From positions 32,001-96,000 of the IMG/VR virus record IMGVR_UViG_3300021963_009201: a stretch of DNA of 64,000 nucleotides. One strand, written 5' to 3'. Position numbers and translations under genes: made by a program. The notes under the pieces are model-generated. The model ran no database searches, had not been told where the DNA came from, and was given only the letters and a program-made list of their open reading frames with translations. Source of the DNA: a virus. This document shows, piece after piece, positions 20,501 through 27,220 of the stretch. Position 1 is the stretch's first letter; the number at the start of each line of letters is the position of its first letter.

Positions 20501-20817
20501 CTATTGGTGCGGGTGTGGATGGAAGATTTGGTTCTAAGGATAAGTACGGCCGAACGCTTGCTGTCGTATTTCATAATGGTGATTACGACAAATTGGCATC
20601 AAGCGCCGAAAAAGAAAGGCAGAGAAGAGATTCTCTACTAAGAAACGCTTCTTCGTGGCCTTTGATTCCCTGGGATTCATTTACCGCAGATGGTAGGACT
20701 TACACTGTTAATTGGGAAATAGTTGTTTCTGGATTAGCTTATACAGATATGGGCGGAGTTAAGGCTGGGGACCCTGACGCTAGGTATAGTTCGGGAAACT
20801 TTACTGGGGGTAATTGA
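11527..20817 (+). CDS. Multidomain distal-tail/baseplate hub protein with RlpA-like DPBB domain and C-terminal staphylococcal-nuclease (SNase) domain (3096 aa)
   Basis: TTG start. Hub-like segments TVFNGVITQV...VEVIAQS and GEVVIIGRADIRPHDLVYL...FEVEAVTHHF. RlpA-like segment YIRMRWPY...KVVVCYAIDGGP...EVSP (~17041-17320). SNase motifs DGDT, RLAGIDTAE, DKYGR (~20212-20750). Confidence 0.7.
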   Translation: MSEYSAEDVIDVLIIAFEFPPSDVYGPMERYLLSIGKVWIQSEDPIGASIKLTETQALNAVKHFLKNREVVAGGTSDGSDYDSSLPYDEEVVKKALSEANRTSLSGQSSDSIKRIIQNLDDLFGFGVILREKESIEGIVSFLQSPEGIGNFSKLSYDARVALNNLLSLRDNGDFHSKRLYNLALSVLPQLNRLLDSYVDLQKKEEQYVKDNGVDPTTLFANSFMSVFSEKPLQMALFYKENTQRRISEAFAQQFQRPNNDPQPVQPWEMRIGGSKFFVPPIDVKVSQFFKTGSLTGGAIRQASSPKFNSGHSETAIQTTIYFPSLESIWGIITSEEKPEVFLNFDDINKTSDKDVDYFLSSLRGLIAQFKYAPFLPVRNQYLNQAWGITGVTLNSMTISTVENYPFCVAVTLNMMKFNHKVYLPMVEDFNQAVHWGRFRQYMGRAAMAMQNSYNLGFLTESLFGDIWDKIPFINRDKPKPDQDTFDTSDVSFSRPTKEGWAKDPTRIKFYYPSKTPMEIFAPDDSMFRQEREDETVGSSDYERDKSAWELLLGKLGIDVDVYPESVYDNVKNYSQRFTTYQNEWTYLGQYLKFNSLVVLNMTQDKLIKYLNERISTLEKEGTIKNDADKNNYTSAIVQRWYDFMFGGFKDTVFYRKLLENTQYRNGSFTINEWDVPMEEMAFDAKSVFVQGISVSLSNNFAKHQVQLQDEPTYQHIGGGDNRVDISMIVVGEDNLIRIRRMFDKIGGLARLEHAHGVLGFLGVKNELTALAGMKYLMPLTYEVDTIPGYPRVYNVRLSFIDFDIFQQKREKLSSDLQVGLKDLFGKRNPFLRVKQVWSRFNAYPDFPLTIRDEKDDKVIGTIDPDFYFRAFTTFDDDLTYWGSLPKGEESPIASMNSDGTFQINPKKDDVTAKLAQASGEVKTEQYTVNKKNTVSTYPLELYFNMLTTGDGQDTSAIVKLANAGELIVGTQQQNEDPKFPTTGKPVKMTEDTAVATQTEPSIAGLTPGAQIQNPYANATNDPSTQYELIMNDAKYRDINGRMIRAFPTYMLWLIDEGGRFGGVKLFDNFYGLQSVVDFSINRSEDVLGDTLVLRLSNLYSKLSTQYKGFVKRQDGTENIVLDDDNGNTIESVADIPEYLIQTQENINSGMDDTYIVELDSIRLKPGVRVHMRMGYGANPNSLETVFNGVITQVQAGDIVEVIAQSDAIELSQYINTTNKKGHSGDIDGAIGTGFWLSEPRDLMVRLLSMGSSRFKEGFAHATRGQIFSESRFGIRHFGTILYEALTPNEKERHDKRYQAVTSRLQAVAGSDSVSKVLGASAGTIYDTTASDNEDSKNSLIGGSFSGFLGQGAVRTSTDESGKVSMPLLGLMQSMWTNFFTKRDFEIYKRNIYPGNGTGVAQYLGGDLLDSGPVLLEAAGSQAATDTFFNKDAKSIFSQFKSGEPGKDSRDQVIQNTILNLSLSGERIEDQVSPQNNAAPSNSDPNAPANQGASGRDPSSVTAATLLLGSVGEAVLMKRGALKNNPLLQALGLIQGGEADSDLNGFDEVSFRAQTYMKTVWDMFKLCAALLPNYIVAVRPFEDRSTVFYGKPHWLYTSGVIPLSTGVPKDDDKVKPEGPDAELERIMREATNLANPLADLENQMKFVKDISSSNPFTSFTGTQAPGTTNTPDSSSEVMTLPLESGGAKIPIRSGKVVMGKHLEGYNYNAPESNLSDAISRMTISEKAEIVTEYATAQKDELAKNSSRDPLTGEFSQEYIRRMNALDEILKNAIDEEEEKIDDFIKDPVNSGIRGRFLSDASSVHIELPQLPDVHKYANFRAGSLFVGFENGTPQITPEGEQWYIRMRWPYINWQDYLKRQWESPESGTGDPSKYWGKKVAVSLPDSGKVVVCYAIDGGPMDPAFRAEVSPDVYYALDLAGYPQKDCYFGFVDDNVRLGPVGGSLSTETGRRLDVSSIPVPTRAIVDGRSYETIVDPDQAFERLTSDTNAETLFGEQYYFINSFLYGWLAGGGNNNPRASGYYGNFDDANKENDAQFADKYISLLDNGIKGSIRADDNAIGAFDIVGEIARRIYDVDYNERRLELLKDSDIASNYLRDTGLTFDKLVEKANANYEAFNNARKFYGDYKGDTETTAEEIWDIFRKQWHIRTDKEYLEVKEAAIEFINQIGLPINDPNNALGFDENWYDGSTSGQGFDSSAESEAVDKVIFSTNMTKIVNNFKMLMWRLPYARAWLVITTGRTPDTGELLAASVGASVVTLNPVPAVAALATDALDDNPFDFKNSDITKLWRWYLGLNADGYKKNDTAVSALINAAALDNENSFNGFSSQINLSPDAKTGASIFANEALVGRFIEALKHYKRVGLKGNGAQQAIERIGQVWNQTIGAFFTLVSSALSGVVATFRLSLMQMGYGMGMLGAMQQQANILNRALNDSIYYSLGEPGSAIWLADNPFTREYGEPVIEIREPFQRFHYINSFQDIIDNGIQEKLDNIPTVVTASSDGKYPVTVYFDKGTSPEKQFEVGIETGLFWDNARGSGFFGFLHPLLHPFETMRGLAKSASGSSDEILSRRVGLSYLKESLKDIYGGEVVIIGRADIRPHDLVYLADTYERMYGIFEVEAVTHHFTSDMGFVTAITPNAVVTVNDPARWVYQSWIWGLFGVQNTRNHVRHLLSVTADRSSRVYNDVLAFVDSNGEVDMSGFAESIEDTIRGSVQFTGGNSGLVKDIASHAAAGYAVPSGSSYSIAPDSWEQSAQNIGSLFSSPGATFASWIPGVNKLLDVAWEGWTWVRDNLLDQHGCYIQYLSKDGQPMDAGLSFNQGVAVGHHHSINLLPGILGVEVDTTENGHRRITINDLMGSLGWSELEISSIQRQVSWWNNYWNARVLDYAGKGPDPVTLTRPNAYLAKVIAMSTDDDDGNGIVDGDTFSCQKLDADGNLTGSTFKIRLAGIDTAELDFKQDIQRNDSSQKAYIARQFLEKRLITDQVANGLEPIVAVRESIGAGVDGRFGSKDKYGRTLAVVFHNGDYDKLASSAEKERQRRDSLLRNASSWPLIPWDSFTADGRTYTVNWEIVVSGLAYTDMGGVKAGDPDARYSSGNFTGGN

Positions 20818-21728
20818 TGGCCCACTTTGATTTTTCTTTAAATGATTTCACTAATGAGAAAAATATCTCTAATGCCGTAATTAATAAGTCAAAAAATTAC
20901 ACACCAAATGGACAGGCTAAAGCGATAAAAACATCTTTTTCTCAACTTCCCTTAGACAAGCAAAGGCCTTTAACAACTACTAACGTTTCAGATATGCTCC
21001 AGGGCACAACGGTCTATAAGCCAATGGGTTTGATATACAATTCCTTTAATGATGTTTTGTCTAGGGATATACAGCTGGCAAGGAATGTGAAAGTTGGCGA
21101 TAGGTTGCTGTCTATGGATAAAGCCCATACAGGGCTGTTGCCTTACGATTCGAATAAGAGGGACGCTTCAATAGATATAGCTTCTAGCGTAAATGCCTTG
21201 ACAACCAGTGCGGGGTCAACTGGAACACCAGCAGCCGCAGACAATGGAACCACAACTTCTGCGGGAGGCCAAGGCTCTGGCCCCGGAACCGAGATATTTG
21301 TCCCGCCCGCTGGTAAATCGTGGCCTAAGGGCACACTTTCTATCGACGACGTTGCTAAACTAGTCATTGAAGTTGGAATTTCTGAAGACGCCCAAGCTGT
21401 ATTGGTAGCCATTTCTCATCGAGAGTCTAGCTTTAGGACTGGAGCCTATAATCCTGTTGGACTAGATAATTCTTGGGGTCTATGGCAGATTAATACTATT
21501 GACGGGGCAAGCCCGCAGTATCGACGTTATGACCTAACCGATCCTTATACAAATGCAAGAGTTATGGCTATCATGTCCGGTAGTGGGGCCAATCTGCATC
21601 CCTGGTATACCCAGCACGATGGCAGCAATGAACCTGGCTACAGTAGCGCATATAGTGTTCAAGACTTTTTGCCAGAAGCTATTGCCGCAGTTCAGAGGGT
21701 TAAGGCGCAGGGTTATAGGGCTGGGTAG
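20817..21728 (+). CDS. Lytic transglycosylase (SLT/lysozyme-like) with shared N-terminal MAHF domain (303 aa from ATG 20817)
   Basis: AISHRESS (catalytic Glu), GLWQIN, LTDPYTNAR...PW. ATG 20817 overlaps the upstream TGA and matches the paralog starts. Confidence 0.85.
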   Translation: MAHFDFSLNDFTNEKNISNAVINKSKNYTPNGQAKAIKTSFSQLPLDKQRPLTTTNVSDMLQGTTVYKPMGLIYNSFNDVLSRDIQLARNVKVGDRLLSMDKAHTGLLPYDSNKRDASIDIASSVNALTTSAGSTGTPAAADNGTTTSAGGQGSGPGTEIFVPPAGKSWPKGTLSIDDVAKLVIEVGISEDAQAVLVAISHRESSFRTGAYNPVGLDNSWGLWQINTIDGASPQYRRYDLTDPYTNARVMAIMSGSGANLHPWYTQHDGSNEPGYSSAYSVQDFLPEAIAAVQRVKAQGYRAG

Positions 21729-21759
21729 TCCAAATTGATACACAACCTGTTAATAACTA

Positions 21760-21767
21760 TTACTATA
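21760..21767 (+). promoter_or_regulatory. TTACTATA motif, candidate phage-specific promoter
   Basis: Intergenic; the same octamer occurs in the gaps at 23729 and 47760. Confidence 0.55.
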
Positions 21768-21850
21768 TCCAGTAGGGATTAGATGAATAAAGTAAAGAAC
21801 GTCAATATAAAAATTATTACATTTTCTTACTAAGATTGGCATAGAGACTG

Positions 21851-22855
21851 ATGGCCCACTTTGATTTTTCTTTAAATGATTTTACTAATGGGAAAAATAT
21901 TTCTAATGCTATTATTGGAGGAACTAAGAGTTACACGCCAACCGGAGAGGCAAAATGGTTGAGGACTACGTATTCCATGGTAGACGCAAAAGCTCAACAG
22001 TCTTTAACAACCGCGTCTGTTTCGGATATACTTCAGGGAAATTTGCTACTTAAACCTGTTGCCCTTAATTATACGCAGTTTAATGAAGTTACTTCTAGTA
22101 TATCGAAAGTCGCTAATACTACTAAAGTTCAAGATAAGGTTGGAGCGCTTGGTTATAGGAAATACCTTGCTGGATTCGACACGGTCGGCGCCGTAAATAG
22201 TCTTATTAATCTTAATATTAATACTACAACATCGCCTAATAGTATTACGCCAACATCTCCAAGCCCAACTGGTGCATCAAGTATCCGCCCTATTGCGGGC
22301 GGTTACTACCTAATTAACCACCCACCTGCAAGTCCGCAATTCCACGAAAGTAGGAATAACGGCCTTAGTGGCGGTGTGGTTTTGCACACCACCGAAGGTG
22401 GCGGAGGTTATCAGTCGGCGGAAGCAACGGCAGCCTTTATATCGCGCAGATCAGACCCTGGATCGTACCATTGCATAGTGGATTCCGAACCAAATACGGC
22501 TGTCTATATGATGCCAGACAATTATACAGCCTTTGGTGTAGCTACTCCCGGATTTAATAGTAGGTGCTGGAATATCGCAATAGCGGCAAATTCTGCAGAT
22601 TTGAACCCAAGTAGCCCAGAAACATTAACCGAAATCGACAATATGGGTAGAGAAATTGTTGCGTTCTGGGCTAGGAATAGTATAGACCCAACACAGGGTG
22701 TCAGGTTTGTCGGGAATGGAGTTAAAGATGGGCCAGGTCTTGCACATCACGGGGATGTTCAGCCGGGAGACAGGTCAGACGCATGGGCTCGCCGAGAAGA
22801 TAGGGAGCTTTTTGATGCTTTATTATTGCAGGCTATAGCTCGCCATGCTATTTAG
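21851..22855 (+). CDS. Amidase_2-type N-acetylmuramoyl-L-alanine amidase with shared N-terminal MAHF domain (334 aa)
   Basis: VVLHTTEG, GSYHCIVD, HHGDV...RSD Zn-amidase motifs. Confidence 0.8.
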   Translation: MAHFDFSLNDFTNGKNISNAIIGGTKSYTPTGEAKWLRTTYSMVDAKAQQSLTTASVSDILQGNLLLKPVALNYTQFNEVTSSISKVANTTKVQDKVGALGYRKYLAGFDTVGAVNSLINLNINTTTSPNSITPTSPSPTGASSIRPIAGGYYLINHPPASPQFHESRNNGLSGGVVLHTTEGGGGYQSAEATAAFISRRSDPGSYHCIVDSEPNTAVYMMPDNYTAFGVATPGFNSRCWNIAIAANSADLNPSSPETLTEIDNMGREIVAFWARNSIDPTQGVRFVGNGVKDGPGLAHHGDVQPGDRSDAWARREDRELFDALLLQAIARHAI

Positions 22856-22868
22856 GTAGGTTGATATA

Positions 22869-23702
22869 ATGGCACACTTTAATTTTAGTTTAAAAGATTT
22901 TGCCAACGGTAAGAATATTAGTAATTCTATTATCGATAATCAAAAAAACTATACTCCAAGCGGTGAAGCTAAATGGTTGAGTACTACCTACTCAAAAACC
23001 CCGGTCAAAGCTAACACTTCAATGACTACAGCAAATATCTCCGATATATTACAGGGGCAACTCTTGTATAAGGATCCTGGATTAGTTGCTACTCAGTTTA
23101 ATGAAGTTTTATCTTCAGATATGGCAAAATTGCTCAGCGCCAGTGTGGACGGTAAAAATACTTACATTACCAAACCTATGGCACAGTTAGTTGGATACGA
23201 TATACCGGCACAGTCCGATATTGGTTCTATTATCGTGAACAATATAGGTACGGCCTCAGCAGGGACTAATGCATCGAGATCTCCTGCTACTGGCGCCCCA
23301 AATACTGGAGGTGGTCAGACGGGGGTACCGACCCCAATTCCAGAAAGTGGTACTGCGGTAGAATTCGCCCTTTCTCGTATAGGTTGCAGGTATGTTTGGG
23401 CGGCAGAAGGTCCCGATACTTTTGACTGCTCGGGTTTAGTAACTTGGTCTTATAGGAAGGTCGGGATAAATCTGCCCCATTACAGCGGTGCCCAATACAA
23501 TATAACCCAAAGGATAACTGAAGAGCAGCTTCAGTCGGGAGACCTGATTTTCTGGGGGGGGAATGGAAGTGAGCATTGTTCCATCTATATTGGGAACAAT
23601 GAGATGGTTCACGCTTTTGATGGCGTGCAAAAAACGCTTTTTATATTTTCTTATGGATACTGGTGGAAAAAGCCGTCTGGATATGGTCGAGTTGTAAGAT
23701 AG
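22869..23702 (+). CDS. NlpC/P60 peptidoglycan endopeptidase with shared N-terminal MAHF domain (277 aa)
   Basis: YVWAAEGPDTFDCSGL, GDLIFW, EHCSIYIG, MVHA; Cys-His-His triad intact. Confidence 0.92.
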   Translation: MAHFNFSLKDFANGKNISNSIIDNQKNYTPSGEAKWLSTTYSKTPVKANTSMTTANISDILQGQLLYKDPGLVATQFNEVLSSDMAKLLSASVDGKNTYITKPMAQLVGYDIPAQSDIGSIIVNNIGTASAGTNASRSPATGAPNTGGGQTGVPTPIPESGTAVEFALSRIGCRYVWAAEGPDTFDCSGLVTWSYRKVGINLPHYSGAQYNITQRITEEQLQSGDLIFWGGNGSEHCSIYIGNNEMVHAFDGVQKTLFIFSYGYWWKKPSGYGRVVR

Positions 23703-23728
23703 TTTATTCGGATAATACAATTACAACT

Positions 23729-23736
23729 TTACTATA
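23729..23736 (+). promoter_or_regulatory. TTACTATA motif, candidate phage-specific promoter
   Basis: Intergenic, 23 nt upstream of the ATG at 23760, with a GGAG SD in between. Confidence 0.55.
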
Positions 23737-23759
23737 AGTAAGAGCCTAGTGGAGAAGTT

Positions 23760-24137
23760 ATGAATATCGCGAACAATCCAAAATTTAACCAATATATAGA
23801 TTCCAAAATTCAAACTTCTGATGAAACAAGGAATATAGATAGGTTCGGTGTTGTTTTATCGTACAATGGCGTGACTAATACGGCTACTGTATTGATGTCT
23901 TCGCCTAGTACTGAATCGGCTGGCGATATAATAGAAAATGTACCGTGCCCTGTGTTGATGGGTATACAGATGGCAGCCCCAGAGCCAGGCCGTCCGTGTT
24001 GGGTTTGCTTTAAAGGTAATCGCGGAGAAAAGTATCCAATGATCAGCCATTTTTTTAACCATGATTTTGAAAAGTACGACTACCAAAGGCACACGGCAGC
24101 TTCTACTGGTATCCCCTTCTATATGTTGAGTATGTGA
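23760..24137 (+). CDS. Baseplate spike N-terminal OB-fold-like protein (gp5/gpV N-domain-like) (125 aa)
   Basis: RFGVVLSYN...ATVLM...IENVPCP...PEPGRPCWVCFKG pattern resembles spike OB domains; position between hub and wedge genes. Confidence 0.55.
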   Translation: MNIANNPKFNQYIDSKIQTSDETRNIDRFGVVLSYNGVTNTATVLMSSPSTESAGDIIENVPCPVLMGIQMAAPEPGRPCWVCFKGNRGEKYPMISHFFNHDFEKYDYQRHTAASTGIPFYMLSM

Positions 24138-24490
24138 TGACTACATTTAATCGGCCTAATGAGGCTTTATTTCAGAAAAGTAAATATAGCCCTACCGAAG
24201 TTGGTATAACACACCAAGCAGTACCAGCATATATACGACTTTGTGATAATGGCGATATAGAAATCATGGCTGGTGAGGGGATAGGGCTTGTCTTGCATGC
24301 AGCTAATAAAAGTGTCACTATCATAGCCGATAGTATTAAGATGATGACGAAAGAGGACGGTTTAAGGTGGAATGATCACCACTTCAACCCAAATGGCTCA
24401 GAATGGACAGAGCCTGCCCTTCTCAAAAAAGATTTACAGCAAATGCGCGGAGTGTTTGACGGTATTGAAGATTACATTGGCGGCCAATGA
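24134..24490 (+). CDS. Baseplate spike-associated beta-rich protein (118 aa)
   Basis: Short alternating beta-strand pattern (YIRLCDNGDIEIMAGEGIGLVLH...VTIIADSIKM); 4-nt overlap with both neighbours. Confidence 0.45.
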   Translation: MMTTFNRPNEALFQKSKYSPTEVGITHQAVPAYIRLCDNGDIEIMAGEGIGLVLHAANKSVTIIADSIKMMTKEDGLRWNDHHFNPNGSEWTEPALLKKDLQQMRGVFDGIEDYIGGQ

Positions 24491-24870
24491 TGGACCTTTA
24501 TTTTTCTGAATCTGGTGATCTAAAACTGTCCCCAACTAGAGATTTAGCCCTTACCGACACCGGGTGGAGAGAGAAGGCACAAACCGCATACATGATAGTT
24601 CAGACTGAGCCGGGCGATTTTACGCTTTATCCAAGGTTTGGGGCAAATTTGTCGGAACTTTATGGAATGCCACAATCTGCAGAAACTGGCGAGTACGGTA
24701 AAAAAATTATCGAAGATGCTTTAACTAGATACAACTCGTTTAAAAATTCGGAAATTAATGTGGTGGCAATTCCAACTGGTCCACAAACTATAAGATTTGA
24801 CATTTATATTATTAATGGTTCTAAAAAACAAATGACTATCTCTGTCGAGCAAAAACTAGGATTGACATAA
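24487..24870 (+). CDS. Baseplate wedge protein, gp25/gpW-like (127 aa)
   Basis: DLYFSESGDL..., TEPGDFTLYPRFGANLSEL motif, directly upstream of the J-like gene. Confidence 0.75.
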   Translation: MMDLYFSESGDLKLSPTRDLALTDTGWREKAQTAYMIVQTEPGDFTLYPRFGANLSELYGMPQSAETGEYGKKIIEDALTRYNSFKNSEINVVAIPTGPQTIRFDIYIINGSKKQMTISVEQKLGLT

Positions 24871-24871
24871 A

Positions 24872-26014
24872 ATGGCTGTTTATTTTAAAAAAACAAGAGA
24901 TCAAATTTTACAAGAAGCTTTAGCAAAAATAAAAGATAGGACATTAATAAGTGCAACAAATCCAGGTTCGGTAACAAGGGCAATTACCGAAGCTATAACA
25001 ACAGAGCTTGGTGATTTCTACGATATCTTGGACGCAAATATAAGTCAGTCTCTTATATCGACCGCCTCTGGTCGGGCCTTGGATAGCCTTGGGTCTATTT
25101 ATGATATAAAAAGAAAAACTCTTAGTGATATAGCAAAAGCTGATCAAAGAATTGGATCATTTTATTTCTATGTCGAAAATACTCATGAGTCACCAATTAT
25201 TATCCCATCAGGTACAAAAGTGTTTACTAGTTCCGTAGGTTATGTTGGTAGGCAACTTGCTTTTTCTACAGATTATGAGGTAACTATTCCGGTTGGGTCA
25301 CTGCGTGCGTATGTTTCTATAACTCCTCTTTTTTCTGATAATATTTTTACAGCTCCTAAAGGGACCTTGATATCTAACGATTACATAAGTCCGACAAATA
25401 CGCTGGTTAAGTGCACAAACCCGAAACAGATCGCGGCATCAGATGCTTATGAGACTGACGCGGACTACCGTGCAAGAATCATTAAGGGTATTAGGGTGGC
25501 ATCTTCCGGGACAATTGAAGCTGTCAGGTTCGCCGGACTGAACGTTGAGGGTGTAAGAGATATTAAAATACGTCAATCCCCATATGGCCTGGGCTCTTTT
25601 GAGGTTATGGTTGTTTCAGAGCAGGAGAATATAGCTGCAACAGTAACCCGACAAGTTAGAACTGTGATAGAGAATGTAAGGCCTGTTGGTGTTACTATGT
25701 TCGTTAGGTCTCCTGTCCTCAGACCTCTAGACATGAGCGTCTCAGTTATGAGTAACGTTGTTAATTCGCCTGAATACGCTAATTTACGTGACCGAATTAG
25801 GATAGCAATTACAAGATATTTGAATACACTAATGCCTGGTGATACTATAGTCTACAATAAGATGATACAGGAAATGATGGATTCATCTGGTATAATAAAA
25901 GATATTCAAGTTTTGAGATATGCGCCAAATGGCGTTGATTCTATAAGGAGAAATTACACTCCTAAAGAATATGAGCAAGTAGTTCCAGGTAATATTCAGG
26001 TTTCAATATCCTAA
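24872..26014 (+). CDS. Baseplate J-like wedge protein (380 aa)
   Basis: TNPGSVTRAI, ASGRALDSLG, IIIPSGTKV, YETDADYRARI, GTIEAV, ENVRPVGV: typical baseplate J motifs. Confidence 0.9.
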   Translation: MAVYFKKTRDQILQEALAKIKDRTLISATNPGSVTRAITEAITTELGDFYDILDANISQSLISTASGRALDSLGSIYDIKRKTLSDIAKADQRIGSFYFYVENTHESPIIIPSGTKVFTSSVGYVGRQLAFSTDYEVTIPVGSLRAYVSITPLFSDNIFTAPKGTLISNDYISPTNTLVKCTNPKQIAASDAYETDADYRARIIKGIRVASSGTIEAVRFAGLNVEGVRDIKIRQSPYGLGSFEVMVVSEQENIAATVTRQVRTVIENVRPVGVTMFVRSPVLRPLDMSVSVMSNVVNSPEYANLRDRIRIAITRYLNTLMPGDTIVYNKMIQEMMDSSGIIKDIQVLRYAPNGVDSIRRNYTPKEYEQVVPGNIQVSIS

Positions 26015-26028
26015 GGATGGTTTTGTAA

Positions 26029-27210
26029 GTGAGAGTTTGCGCAGGGCCGGACTGTACCGACGAGTTCGAACCGGTAGTTCATAACCAAAAGTATTGTGGT
26101 CCAGTATGTAAAAGGGCCGCAGAAAATGCGGCAAAAAGAAAAGCTTTTACCGAAGATGTGGCACAGGCAGTAGTTAAGAGTGTCGCACCTGCATACATTG
26201 AACTAGATGATGAAGAGGAAAGAATTGATTTCCTTCAGAAAGAAGTATTGAGGCTATCAAGATTAGCAGATAAAAGAAAATCAGCTAAAAATGAAATTGT
26301 CGACGTAACATACCAGGCAGCGTTTGATGCATTTTCAGATTTTCAACTACCATCAATATCTAAACCCTCATATCGCAAATCTGGTCCAGGCGACGAAGAG
26401 GTTGCGGTAGCAGTCTGTGCTGACTGGCAGCTCGGAAAGGTTACTCCTAGTTATAATTCCGAAGTATGTAGGGAAAGGATTGAGCTTTTTGGCGACAAGA
26501 TACTTTCTATTACAGAAATGCAGAGGGCAGATCACCCGGTAAAAGATATTCACCTTTGGTTCCTTGGGGATATAGTTGAGGGTGAAGAGATTTTTGCTGG
26601 ACAAAGCCATTTATTAGATTCTGGCATATATAGGCAGGTGGGCGTTAACGGTCCAGAAATTATATCAGATCTAATCCTTAAGCTACTGACCGGTTTTGAG
26701 AATGTTCATGTTGTAGGCGTTATAGGTAACCATGGATCTATAGGTGGGCGTGGCCGAAGAGATTATAACGGCGAAACAAATATGGATCGCCTACTCTATA
26801 AGATAGTTCAGTATATCTTTAAGGATGAAAAAAGAGTAACGTTTAACATACCCGATGGTCATGGTGAAAGACATTTTTATGCAATTGACTCAATTGGCGA
26901 GTATGAAACACTCCTAATTCATGGCGACCAATTCCCTCCGCCAACCACAACGCACGCATATTACAAGAAAGTAATGGGCTGGAAAGACGGTGCAATACCA
27001 GAAAGTTTCCAAGATGTTTACATGGGGCATTACCACCAAAATGCTAAGATGACACTCGGCAACACTATTTTACGGGTATCTGGTTCACCAGAAAGCTATA
27101 ACACATATGCTCAGGAAGTTCTTGCTGCAATGGGTAGGCCGTCACAAAATTTGCAATTCATACACCCAATTAACGGTGTAACAGGTGAGTATACTGTTTG
27201 GCTAGACTGA
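26029..27210 (+). CDS. Calcineurin-like metallophosphoesterase with N-terminal Cys4 zinc finger and coiled coil (393 aa)
   Basis: CAGPDC...YCGPVC at the N-terminus; DWQLG, GDIVEG, GNHG, HGD and GHYH motifs. Confidence 0.85.
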   Translation: MRVCAGPDCTDEFEPVVHNQKYCGPVCKRAAENAAKRKAFTEDVAQAVVKSVAPAYIELDDEEERIDFLQKEVLRLSRLADKRKSAKNEIVDVTYQAAFDAFSDFQLPSISKPSYRKSGPGDEEVAVAVCADWQLGKVTPSYNSEVCRERIELFGDKILSITEMQRADHPVKDIHLWFLGDIVEGEEIFAGQSHLLDSGIYRQVGVNGPEIISDLILKLLTGFENVHVVGVIGNHGSIGGRGRRDYNGETNMDRLLYKIVQYIFKDEKRVTFNIPDGHGERHFYAIDSIGEYETLLIHGDQFPPPTTTHAYYKKVMGWKDGAIPESFQDVYMGHYHQNAKMTLGNTILRVSGSPESYNTYAQEVLAAMGRPSQNLQFIHPINGVTGEYTVWLD

Positions 27211-27220
27211 TAAGGGTTGG

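Larger units (their letters stand above)
20817..21909 (+). repeat. 59-bp direct repeat (56/59 identical) at the 5' ends of two hydrolase genes: 20817-20875 and 21851-21909
   Basis: atggcccactttgatttttctttaaatgattt is identical in both copies, followed by three single mismatches over the next 27 nt. Confidence 0.95.

Noticed and set aside
23554-23561. G8 homopolymer in the NlpC/P60 gene as a phase-variation tract
   Set aside because: It encodes conserved Trp-Gly-Gly, and a G7 run also occurs at 3154-3160. One such run is not clearly beyond chance; read-level indel data would be needed.
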